A DNA stretch of 55,152 bases from a virus (IMGVR_UViG_3300009702_000031:1-55152), one strand, 5' to 3'; shown: positions 1-9,322, counted from the stretch's first letter. Numbers and translations are program-made. Notes: generated by a model not told the origin, from the sequence alone.

Positions 1-2
1 GG

Positions 3-404
3 TATGATTATCCGAATGAAGCACGAAATATGGATGAAGAGTTTCCTTTAGTACAGGCGGGAACATTCGGAATTATAGGTTCCCCATGGCAACAGGCAAA
101 GAGCCAACCAACACAAGGTGCACCTACTGGAACACCTTCCTCAGGACGACCTAAAGGCCAAACAAATACAAAAACAAAGAAAACCGCACCAAATGATCAA
201 CGTGGCCAAAACCCAAATCAAAAGAAAACAGATATAAAAAAGAAAGCAGCATCTTTAGATATTATAGAAAGCATTCCTGGAATGTCTCCTACAGAATATG
301 CTAGTTTCTTAGATGGTGCTCGTGAAACATTAGATGATGAACAATATGCTGTATTTTTGGATCGCGTATCAAAAGTAAGATTTGGCTTAAAAAACAATTT
401 ATAG
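3..404 (+). CDS. 3' end of probable portal protein (5'-truncated by the window)
   Basis: The frame is open from base 3 (YDYPNEARNMDEEF...). It has a low-complexity P/G/Q/K tail (GRPKG) of the kind seen at portal C-termini and lies upstream of protease-scaffold-capsid. The call is mostly positional. Confidence 0.5.
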   Translation, partial: YDYPNEARNMDEEFPLVQAGTFGIIGSPWQQAKSQPTQGAPTGTPSSGRPKGQTNTKTKKTAPNDQRGQNPNQKKTDIKKKAASLDIIESIPGMSPTEYASFLDGARETLDDEQYAVFLDRVSKVRFGLKNNL

Positions 405-415
405 GAGATTAAAAA

Positions 416-2041
416 ATGGCGAAAATATTTCAACAAGATGTAGATTGGCACGCTCAAACAGCTGTATTTGAATTAAAAGACCATATGCTATTTAATGGTC
501 AAGTATATGATAAAGATACATTGTTACCAATACCTTATAAGGAATTAAATTTAAATGTTAATTATGAGCATTATATGGAGGGAAAAGTTAGTTGGTTCAC
601 AGAATGGAAAACTAATCAGATTTACAGCGCTCCAACTGGAAATATTTATTTCACAAGAGGAACAAGTGATATAGAAAATCCAACATTTATAGTAGACAGT
701 GTAGACAGTAATGTAGCTTATATTTTTCCGCCACCTAATAATAATACTGGTCAATATCAAAGCCTACATAAACTCAGTTTAGACCCGCTAGCTAAAATGT
801 CCAACCATGAATATGATCTTAATGGAGCAGTTGGCAGTAAGGGGATGTTTTTTCTTGGTCAAAATGATAATTATTTATTTGTTTCAGGGGTCTCGGCTAG
901 AGATGATGATGCTTATCATGGTTACTATTATGCATATGCTCGCTTTGGTAGAATTGATAAAACTACTATGTCTTTTGCAAACTGTGCTAGTGATACACCC
1001 CACTGTAAAACTTCATATGTATGCCAAGATGATTCGTACTATTATGTAATGTACCAAACTATCTACAATACCAATTGGATGAAGATTGCTCGTGTAGATA
1101 AAAGTGCCAATAATTATACTGATATAGCTAATCACACAATGCAAAACACTGGAATAAGGAGTTTTTACCATCATACACAAGCATTAGAACTAACCGCTGG
1201 TAAAAAATCTGTTTATATGGCTGAGATAGCCACTGATGTTGCGGACGGGTTTAATTTTGGTAGATTTGAGGTGGATATGACCGGTGGTACTGGTACTTAT
1301 ACAGATAGTACTTTTGATTTTACTACTATTTCCGGCGGTCGTTCAGCAACATTTGTTAAACCAACACAAACAGGAGAGGGTCAGCTTAATTTAGAAGCAT
1401 TTGCCATTGAAGACACTTCAAGTAATTATGTATGTATGCTTCCTACGGAACGTGATTTCAGAGCAAGTGAAGCTTCTGCTACATTCAGATTATACATTTT
1501 TAAGATAGATGATAATGACTCTGATAATCTTATCTATAAAGACCACATTGATACAAATGTTAGAGCATGGAATGTGTTTCAGGTTCAAGATGATTGGAAG
1601 AAAATTGCTATAATCCATAGTTCTGGTTTGAAGTTCTATAATTGGAACTCTTCTACTGAAACTTTTGATTTTGTACAGGACACTTCCTATGATATAAATT
1701 CAGTAATTAGGGATGCAAATGATAGAATATGGATTAGAACAGCAGAGGCTTCTGTACATATGATTTCTTCTACTTCGCCTACTAGAGTAGTAGTTACTAT
1801 GGAAAATTCTTCTTATAACTATCAAGGATCGGATATATCCACTTATGCTAATGTAAGTGCTTATGATATTGACAATACTAGAATAGTGGCCAATGTTAAA
1901 ATAACACTTGAAGGCGCAATCTATTTTACAGATAGTAGTCAAAGTAAGACAGTGACTACATCTTCTTCAGGTGAGACACAAGTGAATATGACGATCAAGG
2001 GGTCATCCTATACTAGAGTACTGGCTAGTGTGGTGGTGTAA
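416..2041 (+). CDS. Hypothetical beta-rich (propeller-like) virion protein with possible C-terminal Ig-like domain
   Basis: 541 aa ORF with AGGAG RBS; aromatic/Thr/Ser/Asp-rich short-strand pattern. Confidence 0.5.
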   Translation: MAKIFQQDVDWHAQTAVFELKDHMLFNGQVYDKDTLLPIPYKELNLNVNYEHYMEGKVSWFTEWKTNQIYSAPTGNIYFTRGTSDIENPTFIVDSVDSNVAYIFPPPNNNTGQYQSLHKLSLDPLAKMSNHEYDLNGAVGSKGMFFLGQNDNYLFVSGVSARDDDAYHGYYYAYARFGRIDKTTMSFANCASDTPHCKTSYVCQDDSYYYVMYQTIYNTNWMKIARVDKSANNYTDIANHTMQNTGIRSFYHHTQALELTAGKKSVYMAEIATDVADGFNFGRFEVDMTGGTGTYTDSTFDFTTISGGRSATFVKPTQTGEGQLNLEAFAIEDTSSNYVCMLPTERDFRASEASATFRLYIFKIDDNDSDNLIYKDHIDTNVRAWNVFQVQDDWKKIAIIHSSGLKFYNWNSSTETFDFVQDTSYDINSVIRDANDRIWIRTAEASVHMISSTSPTRVVVTMENSSYNYQGSDISTYANVSAYDIDNTRIVANVKITLEGAIYFTDSSQSKTVTTSSSGETQVNMTIKGSSYTRVLASVVV

Positions 2042-2043
2042 TT

Positions 2044-2619
2044 ATGTTTATATCAGAGACTATTATAATAGACATTATAGATAAGTCAACACAAGCTATA
2101 AGGACTAATGTGTTAACGGAGATGTTTGTTAATGTATCAGATGGTCAAAGCAGGGCTAGTGCTTTTCCAATGTCTGACCAAACTATTAAAATATCTACAG
2201 TAGGAGCGGGCGGGATTTTATCACAGACTCCAGTAGAATTTACTGATGCTTTGTATGGAGCTGAGATATCAGAATCGGCCTCTTTTGCTCCTGGAGAAAC
2301 ATTTAGGACTATTGTGAACATATACAATTATACTACAGCTAGTAATTTTGTTAATGTAGATATGGTTGTAGAGACTGGTGTATATAGAGATGAGGAAATT
2401 AGTGAATCAGAAACACATAAAATATCTGGTATATTGTCCGATGATGGTACAGTTATAGTATTAGAAAAGGATACACATGAGCTATTGAGGAGTGAAGCAT
2501 TTCCGGCTGGGAATTATACTATAGATATTCCACAAAGGCTAGAAGTAGATGTTGTAGCTAAACGTGCTTCAGATGCCATGGTTAAAGGGTATGGTAATGT
2601 AGTACCTGATGCTAAATAA
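2044..2619 (+). CDS. Hypothetical protein
   Basis: 191 aa ORF tightly coupled to its neighbours. Confidence 0.6.
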   Translation: MFISETIIIDIIDKSTQAIRTNVLTEMFVNVSDGQSRASAFPMSDQTIKISTVGAGGILSQTPVEFTDALYGAEISESASFAPGETFRTIVNIYNYTTASNFVNVDMVVETGVYRDEEISESETHKISGILSDDGTVIVLEKDTHELLRSEAFPAGNYTIDIPQRLEVDVVAKRASDAMVKGYGNVVPDAK

Positions 2620-2630
2620 GGAGAAGTTAA

Positions 2631-3785
2631 ATGGAAGAGAAAATTTATTTAGAGGCCGAAATTAAGTTAGAAGAAGAAACTGTTGCATTACATGAGGCAG
2701 TAGCATCTGTTATAGAATTGCCTAAGGATGGTGAAAAGCAAGTTGATCTCATGTATTTTTCAGCAATATTTGTTTCTTCTGGCGAAAATTTGAACCACGC
2801 CTATTTTACACCTTCAGAGCTAGTGGCAGCCGAAGGAACCATTGTAAATAAGGCTTTAGATGTGGAACACAAGGAAGAAGAAATTATTGGCCACATCTAC
2901 GAGAGGGCATTTACTGATAAAGAAGGTAATCCCCTTGTGTTAGAAGATCTTGCTTCTATGGAAACTGCTAATTTAGATAATAAGGAAATACATATTGCTA
3001 TTGCTGGTATTATCTATAAAAATAGGTTTCCAGAGATAGCAAATGAAGTGGCTGAAGGAAAATGGAAAGTAAGTATGGAGGCGTATTATCGAGACTATGA
3101 TGTTAAGATAGGAGATCTTACTGTGAGTAGGCAAGAGGCAGAGTCACTTGGTCTGGCTTCTGATGATAGTGTTCTTGGTAAGATGGCTAAAGTACTTAAA
3201 AAGGGAGAAGAAATAGCTGCTGGAGCAGTTACTCGTGTATTACGAGGTATAACTTTCTCTGGTTGCGGAATAGTAGAAAATCCAGCCAACCCACCATCAG
3301 TGATCTTAGAAACCGCAAAACACAAAAAAAGAGAAGAAATATCTGATGAAGAAATTGTGCTGGATTATGATGCTATTGAAGAAGGGAATAATGTAACCTC
3401 TTCTAAGATAGAAACAGTCGATAAAAAGAGCAATAAGCCTGATACGATTGTAGATATTGATAAAGAAGGGATAGAAAAATCAGAGTTAGAACACAAGGAC
3501 ACTGTTGGTATATGTGTTAACTACCAAAGGTACGTATATGATACTAAGGCAGAGAAAGCCAACTCCAAGTTGTTACATCAAGACTGGTGTAGTAGATATG
3601 AAACAGGATGTACTTCTCTTTCAAGAAGCGCTGCTGATTCAGATTGCTTGATTAACAAAGTTACGAAAATGGTATCCGCCTGTTTGAACCAATTATTGGA
3701 ATCTTCAAACATAGAGGCAAGGCGGGCAGCTCTGTTAAGCACTTTGGAAAAAACCATTGCTAACGCTAAAAACAGGGATTTTTAA
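2631..3785 (+). CDS. Prohead (capsid maturation) protease-like protein with Cys-containing C-terminal extension
   Basis: Motifs NxN..F...EL, LDVEH...IIGH, WKVSME and GCGIVENPANPPS resemble HK97/herpes-fold prohead proteases; position before scaffold and MCP. Confidence 0.7.
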   Translation: MEEKIYLEAEIKLEEETVALHEAVASVIELPKDGEKQVDLMYFSAIFVSSGENLNHAYFTPSELVAAEGTIVNKALDVEHKEEEIIGHIYERAFTDKEGNPLVLEDLASMETANLDNKEIHIAIAGIIYKNRFPEIANEVAEGKWKVSMEAYYRDYDVKIGDLTVSRQEAESLGLASDDSVLGKMAKVLKKGEEIAAGAVTRVLRGITFSGCGIVENPANPPSVILETAKHKKREEISDEEIVLDYDAIEEGNNVTSSKIETVDKKSNKPDTIVDIDKEGIEKSELEHKDTVGICVNYQRYVYDTKAEKANSKLLHQDWCSRYETGCTSLSRSAADSDCLINKVTKMVSACLNQLLESSNIEARRAALLSTLEKTIANAKNRDF

Positions 3786-3803
3786 TTGAAGGAGGTATAG
3801 ATT

Positions 3804-4229
3804 ATGCCACAATTGAACGTCGGTCAGACGGGTACGCTCAGAAGCGTGCCTAAACTAACCAAAATCTCTGCCGATGATAATACCCGCATGATTTTTAAGA
3901 ATATGGGTAATAATCATGCTTATCCTTTCATGTGGGGATCAACTCATGTGATTTCTGGCGGAGCTGATACCGTTGTAGCCAGCGGTATCAAATTTCATGG
4001 ATTGGAGCTAGCTAAGAACTGTAATGTTGTATTGACTGTTACTAGCGGCACACAAGATGGTTATGTATACATTGAAAAAGATGCCGCAGCTAATGTAGTT
4101 ACTGTTAAATCTACAGGGTCTAATAGCGTAGAAGTGGATATAAGATGGATGCTGGCTTCTGCAGATCCTGAAATTACTGGATTGTATTGTTCTGGCATGG
4201 GGAACCCATTCCCAAGTCAATGGCAGTAA
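3804..4229 (+). CDS. Hypothetical head-associated protein
   Basis: 141 aa ORF with strong AGGAGG RBS in the head cluster. Confidence 0.55.
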   Translation: MPQLNVGQTGTLRSVPKLTKISADDNTRMIFKNMGNNHAYPFMWGSTHVISGGADTVVASGIKFHGLELAKNCNVVLTVTSGTQDGYVYIEKDAAANVVTVKSTGSNSVEVDIRWMLASADPEITGLYCSGMGNPFPSQWQ

Positions 4230-4318
4230 GTAGTATACTTGGATAAGGACAAGGTGTTTTATAATAAAAAAACTTTATACGTCAGGTTGGTATTAATTTT
4301 TTATAGGAGGTATTTTTG

Positions 4319-5038
4319 ATGGACGAAAAACTTTATGAGGATATCAAGTCTGTTGTAGCTAGGATCTTCTCTGAAAAAGAAGAGTCTGAAAAAGTTGCTC
4401 AGACTGAAGAGGCTCTTCGTGAAGCAGCTGATACTATTGCTGAACTTACTGATACACTTGAAAAAAGAAATGAAGAACTTTCCAGTAGCGAAGAGAAGAT
4501 TAAAGAAGCCGAAGAGCAGAATCTAACAGCCGAGACCGAGCTTGAGGCAGCTCGTAAAGAAGCTGAAGATTTGAAGAAAAAGTTAGAAGAAGTAGAAGCT
4601 TCTCTAGAAAGTGTTAAGAAGGATCGTTTGGCAGAAACCCGAATGGCTGAAATTGCTGAGGCTGGAATTACTGCTTCAGATGTTGAATCTCAGTCCGCTA
4701 AGGTAAGAGAAATGTCAGATGAAGAATTTGCTGCTTATACAAAGGAATTAATTTCTATTCGTGAAGCAGTAGTAGCTGAATTAAAGAAAAATAAAGAGGA
4801 TGAGGCTCACATAAAAACCGAGGAAGAGATTGCAGCAGAGGAGGAAGCTAAGGCTAAAGCTAAAGAAGAAGCAGCCAAGGCTTCTGCTAATAAAGGAGAC
4901 GAAAACACGCCACCTGCTAAAATTGATGCCAGTAAAGCAGTATCCGCATCTTTAAATCTAGAAACTCATCCTTCTAAGGATATGATGGCTAAGTATGCCG
5001 AACTAGGGAAAGCTTTGGCGGAACAGATGAAAAAATAA
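4319..5038 (+). CDS. Capsid scaffolding-like coiled-coil protein
   Basis: E/K/A-rich heptad pattern; lies between protease and capsid genes; AGGAGG at 4305-4310 favours ATG 4319. Confidence 0.65.
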   Translation: MDEKLYEDIKSVVARIFSEKEESEKVAQTEEALREAADTIAELTDTLEKRNEELSSSEEKIKEAEEQNLTAETELEAARKEAEDLKKKLEEVEASLESVKKDRLAETRMAEIAEAGITASDVESQSAKVREMSDEEFAAYTKELISIREAVVAELKKNKEDEAHIKTEEEIAAEEEAKAKAKEEAAKASANKGDENTPPAKIDASKAVSASLNLETHPSKDMMAKYAELGKALAEQMKK

Positions 5039-5096
5039 AAAAATAACTTTTTAATGTATTAATTTAGTTTAAAAGTAATTAAGGAGGAAAAAGGAT

Positions 5097-5762
5097 ATGT
5101 TTGTACCTAGACATCCTGTTGTTGAAAATCAATTTTGTGCGTATGGTGCACAGACAGGTACCGGATCTGCTGGTGTAGGCGGAGTGGTTTGTTATGCTGG
5201 TGCAGTTTTGTATTTGTCTAGTAGTGCTGCTAATCAGGAGGCTATTGTGTATCGCTATGATAAACAAAGTACAGAGCCTACTGATGCTAATGAAAGAATA
5301 CCATTTGGTCTTTCTATGCAGAAAGTAAAGACTGACTACCATCAAGTACACCCCACTATGTTTTTTATGCCAGGCGATCTTGGTTCTAGTGATGTTATTG
5401 CTGCCCCAACGTATGATGGAGCAGGTAATATTACTGGTACCGCTGAAGCGCCTGTCGGCGTGGCTCATCTTGGTATTTGGGACACTGTACATTATACCGC
5501 TGATTTTACCGGGACCGCAGGAACAGATGCCGTTGTAGCAAATCCAATTAAACCTGGAGAGTTGCTATACGTTGCTGCTAATTGCGGGGCTCGTTTAACT
5601 ACTAGTAATACTGGAGCAACTGATGATACTTACGATGGTAAGCGTTTGCCTAATGTGTCTACTGTTGTTGCTCGTGTTCTTAAAGGCGTGAGTGCCGCCA
5701 AGGCAACCGCCAATGTTAACAATGTTACCCTATACCCAATTAGAGTAAAACTATTGGTATAG
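5097..5762 (+). CDS. Head decoration/cement-like protein
   Basis: 221 aa, G/A/T/V-rich, immediately upstream of the MCP; positional call. Confidence 0.55.
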   Translation: MFVPRHPVVENQFCAYGAQTGTGSAGVGGVVCYAGAVLYLSSSAANQEAIVYRYDKQSTEPTDANERIPFGLSMQKVKTDYHQVHPTMFFMPGDLGSSDVIAAPTYDGAGNITGTAEAPVGVAHLGIWDTVHYTADFTGTAGTDAVVANPIKPGELLYVAANCGARLTTSNTGATDDTYDGKRLPNVSTVVARVLKGVSAAKATANVNNVTLYPIRVKLLV

Positions 5763-5779
5763 GTTATTATTATTTTTAA

Positions 5780-5808
5780 TGGGATTAAAGCACGTATAGT
5801 GCATCCCA
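5780..5808 (+). promoter_or_regulatory. Stem-loop in MCP leader
   Basis: TGGGAT/ATCCCA plus GCAC/GTGC stems just upstream of the AAGGAGGAG RBS. Confidence 0.4.
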
Positions 5809-5829
5809 AACTATTAAGGAGGAGTTGTT

Positions 5830-8800
5830 ATGGAAAGACAGGAAATGATGGAACTTTTTAGAGCTACTGCCGATATTAATACTGAAGAAGGTATAGCTGC
5901 CTATAGGGCGTTTGCTGCTGCTATTACAACTCCAATCTTGCAGAAAGTTGAATTGGAATCTATTATGCGTCAATTGTTCTCAGTCGAAAGACTAGGACCT
6001 GGCGCCCAGGCTGGATAAACGGTCTGGTTAAATCTTGCTATATGCTGGAAACTTCTAAAGCCGTCCTTTACTGATAAGGTGAAAATAAGGAGGATATTAT
6101 GGACAATCAGCAGATAACTTTAATAAATGATAATTACTTTGCCGGGTTAATTGATAGTGACTTTGGTGTTTATTTAACAAAGAATACATACAAAGGTAAA
6201 TTGAGTATAAGACCTAGAATAAATTTTGTTAATACTAGATTTGAACTTGTTGAAGTCTGTTCTAGCAAACTCAAAGCCAATGGGATAAATCATCACGTTG
6301 GTTTAGAAAAGGCTACAGTTGGACGAGACCATAAGAGAATACAAATTTTAAGACTAGGTAAGTGTATTGATTTTGTTGATAAATGGTCCAAATTTAGTAT
6401 AGTTCGCCGCCCGCAACTAGAATTGCTTAAGGAGTTTTGTGAAAGTAGGGTAAGATATGTCAAGGATTATGGGTGGAAGTATAATAATACGCCATATACT
6501 AGTAGGCAAAAAGAGCTGTTTCATGAAATACAGCAATTAAATTTAAACTATAATAGAGATGATTTTTTTAGAAATAATACATTATCTTGGCTTGCTGGTA
6601 TGATAGATGGTGATGGAGCTATATATTTTTCTGATACCCATAGAAATACTAAGTATAAAGATAAAGTATATAACTATAGAAAAATAACTCCCTGGTTAAA
6701 AATTACTACCGAGTCACACACAGCATTAAATAATATAAAGGAAATTTATAACAGGTTTAATATAAGATACTATGTAGACAAGACAAGAGGTAAGTTAAGT
6801 AAAAAACTTAAAAAGAAAACATTTAAGTATCATTATAGTATCAGAGTTAAAGATTTTGACCCTTTATATTCTATTCTAGATAAACTTGATGGTAAACTAG
6901 TGGCTAAACAGAAACAATTGAAATTAATGAAGCAGTATATAGAGTTGAAAAAGAATAACAGAGATTATACTGATGAGAACTATAAAATTGTATCTGAAGT
7001 TAAGACACTAAATAACATTTATTAAAGATATCTCAGAGACTAATACGCAAGACACTTAATTGTGAAGATAGAGTCCGGTCAATATGGTAACATATTGAAT
7101 TAATTGGTTTATCCTGTGGCTGAAGATCTAGAGATTAAATATTCGGGGGTCTCTTAATCTAACTATATGCTGGAACACCCTTAGAGATAAATTTACTGAT
7201 ATGGTGATAATAATTTGTATTGGGCGATCAGCAGGAAACCTTAAAGGATTCTTCAGAGACTACATGTTAGACTTCTTATGATATAATATAAGAAGAAGAT
7301 ATAGTCCGACCTGTATGGAGACATACAGATTAACATTAACCCAAGTGTCCCGTTTGGGTTTTACCTGGGCTTGGTTAAAATACTGACCCTTATTGTGGAA
7401 ACATAATAATGAAAATTCAACTGTAACGCTGGAAACTCTCGTTAAGCAGTTATTACTACTGAGGTGAAAATATGACTGATAAGAGACAACCAGGTGGCAA
7501 CCAATTATTTGATCTAGGATGGTTAATAGGAGTTATAGATAGTGATGGCTCTTATGTTTTATCTAAACAGTACCACCATAAAAGTAAGGTGCTCTACTTT
7601 TTTCCATCCATTGAAATAGCTAATGATAGTGAGGAACTTATTGCCAACTGTGTTAGAATTATAAAAGAACAATTTAATGTAGGTGCTTACATAAAATCTA
7701 CAGTTAGGAAACACACTGGTAAAATAGGGTATAAAGTTTCTTTGAGGGGAATGAAAAGACTATATAAATCATTGCCTGTAATTGCTAAATATGAAATAGC
7801 TAAAAAGAAGCAAGCGGAGCTACTTCTAGAATATGTTCAGAATAGAATGACAGTTAATAGAGGAACTCCAGTTAACGATAGAGATATAGATATAGCTATT
7901 GCTTTAAGGGAATTAAATGCTAGTCATAATACTATAACTAGAGATATTCCCAGAAGATTAAATTAATTGAAGCCCCCAACGACTGAAACGTTGAACACCC
8001 ATTAGGGTGATGATACAGTCTGAACTACATGGAGACATGTAGAGGGAAGATGAAGAGCTTCCCCGCTCGGAAGAAATTTCTGAGTCATAAAAGTAACAGA
8101 ATAATGTAGCCCAGAACTTTATTGAAGGTATAGGAGAAGAAGTATATGTACCTACCTTCTCTATTGACGCTTCTGCAGATTGGAAGTTGACTTATGCTAG
8201 AGATTCTCGTATTGATATCGCATCGAGAGCAGCTGCTAGAGTAGCTAAAGATCTAGCTAATTACGAGGAAGAATGTGGATGGCGTGTTATTATGCCAGCT
8301 GCTACTTCCGCTTTTTCTGGCAAAGGACTTCTAGGCTCTCGTCCGGCGCCTATTTATGAAATCAGTAATTCATCTACTGGTGCTGGTTATTTATCTAAAG
8401 AACTTATTAATAAGATGATGGTCGGTTTTAAGAGAATCGGTCGTCAGCTGACTGATATTTATCTCTCACCTGAAGATGCTGCCGATATTCGTGAATGGAC
8501 TGATACTGATATTGATCCGGTAACTAGACGTGAAATTTTTCAAGCTTCTGGTATGGGGTCGATCTGGAATGTACAACTTCATGAAGTACAACATCTAGGA
8601 GCCGTTGGACTTTATAACATTAATGGGCATAGCTCACAATATGGTAAGTTCATCGCTGATTCTGGTGAAAGCTATAATGCTTATACACTAGACAGTCCTA
8701 ATGTATGTAATGCTGATGGAACCATTAACACACTAGGTGAAACACAGATCATGGGTTTTGATCTTACGGCGAATGACTCATTAGTTATGCCTATTAGAAA

Positions 8801-8933
8801 AGAGTATGAAGCCCATGAAGACCCAACATTGCTACGTGTTCAAAAACAAGGTTTTTTTGGATGGGCTGAACTTGGTTTTGCTTGTTTGGATAGTAGAATG
8901 CTTGGTCTTGGTGTAATTGATCGTAGTTTATAA
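5830..8933 (+). CDS. Major capsid protein, spliced: join(5830..6012,7107..7135,7348..7376,8104..8933), 356 aa
   Basis: The exons join to 1071 nt in one frame, reading ...LGPGAQA|VYPVAEDLEI|PVWVLPGLGY|VAQNFIEGIGEEVYVPTF.... Size and position fit an HK97-fold MCP; strong RBS. Confidence 0.85.
6013..7106 (+). ncRNA. Group I intron 1 in MCP (1094 nt)
   Basis: P1: exon CCAGGCU pairs with GGUCUGG (6021-6027) with U.G at the splice site. P10: GGAUAAAC (6013-6020) pairs perfectly with exon 2 start GUUUAUCC. Core elements AUGCUGGAAA, AAUCAGCAG, CAGAGACUA and AAGAUAGAGUCC present; terminal G at 7106. Confidence 0.92.
6099..7025 (+). CDS. Intron-encoded double-motif LAGLIDADG homing endonuclease
   Basis: Motifs YFAGLIDSDF and WLAGMIDGDG with similar downstream halves; located inside intron 1. 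Confidence 0.9.
   Translation: MDNQQITLINDNYFAGLIDSDFGVYLTKNTYKGKLSIRPRINFVNTRFELVEVCSSKLKANGINHHVGLEKATVGRDHKRIQILRLGKCIDFVDKWSKFSIVRRPQLELLKEFCESRVRYVKDYGWKYNNTPYTSRQKELFHEIQQLNLNYNRDDFFRNNTLSWLAGMIDGDGAIYFSDTHRNTKYKDKVYNYRKITPWLKITTESHTALNNIKEIYNRFNIRYYVDKTRGKLSKKLKKKTFKYHYSIRVKDFDPLYSILDKLDGKLVAKQKQLKLMKQYIELKKNNRDYTDENYKIVSEVKTLNNIY
7136..7347 (+). ncRNA. Group I intron 2 in MCP (212 nt, ORF-less)
   Basis: P1: AGAGAU/GUCUCU with U.G. P10: CGGGG/UCCCG. Core AUGCUGGAA, GAUCAGCAG, UUCAGAGACUA and AAGAUAUAGUCC; P3 UCUAAC/GUUAGA; terminal G at 7347. Confidence 0.92.
7377..8103 (+). ncRNA. Group I intron 3 in MCP (about 727 nt; 3' splice site uncertain by a few nt)
   Basis: P1 GGUU/GACC; P3 UUCAAC/GUUGAA; core GCUGGAAA and AACCAG; P7 GACUG/CAGUC (CAACGACUG, GAUACAGUC); P9-type hairpins to about 8100. 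Confidence 0.85.
7472..7966 (+). CDS. Intron-encoded single-motif LAGLIDADG homing endonuclease
   Basis: WLIGVIDSDGS motif and KKKQAELLLE C-terminal signature; 164 aa; inside intron 3. Confidence 0.88.
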   Translation: MTDKRQPGGNQLFDLGWLIGVIDSDGSYVLSKQYHHKSKVLYFFPSIEIANDSEELIANCVRIIKEQFNVGAYIKSTVRKHTGKIGYKVSLRGMKRLYKSLPVIAKYEIAKKKQAELLLEYVQNRMTVNRGTPVNDRDIDIAIALRELNASHNTITRDIPRRLN

Positions 8934-8947
8934 TATGAAGACTGGTA

Positions 8948-8983
8948 TAATGTGCTCTGCCAATTAGAAGTCAGGGCACATTA
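8948..8983 (+). terminator. Stem-loop after MCP (terminator or mRNA stabiliser; no U-tract)
   Basis: TAATGTGCTCTG pairs with CAGGGCACATTA (12 bp, one G.U). Confidence 0.5.
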
Positions 8984-9004
8984 GACTGAGGATGGGTTAG
9001 AGAC

Positions 9005-9322
9005 ATGATTTATAGGATAGTTTTTGTAGTTGTGGTCGTTGAAGCGCTGACTGAGATCATAACTAAGTCGGAAATTACTGAACCTATTAGGAAATATGTG
9101 TTCAAATTAGGCCACAAGAACAAATTTTTTAATTGGCTACATAGATTATTAGATTGTGGGTATTGTACATCGGTTTGGATAGGAATGTTTACATCTCTTT
9201 TATTATTTAGTCATGTGAATGTTTTTAACACCTATTTGGATTGGATTTTTATTGGCTTAGTACTTCACAGACTTTCTAATGTTCTTCATTTTTTAGTGGA
9301 TAGAATTAGAGGTATAGAATAA
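9005..9322 (+). CDS. Small membrane protein, DUF1360-like
   Basis: Hydrophobic segments and LLDCGYCTSVW (CxxC-x-S-x-W) motif. Confidence 0.6.
   Translation: MIYRIVFVVVVVEALTEIITKSEITEPIRKYVFKLGHKNKFFNWLHRLLDCGYCTSVWIGMFTSLLLFSHVNVFNTYLDWIFIGLVLHRLSNVLHFLVDRIRGIE

Noticed and set aside
6099-7966. Inteins or free-standing homing endonucleases
   Set aside because: The ORFs have their own starts and stops, lack intein C/S...HN termini, and sit inside clear group I RNA cores.
8187-8933. Stand-alone 248-aa capsid gene starting at TTG 8187
   Set aside because: No RBS, and the frame extends upstream to the intron 3 boundary; it is exon 4 of the spliced MCP.
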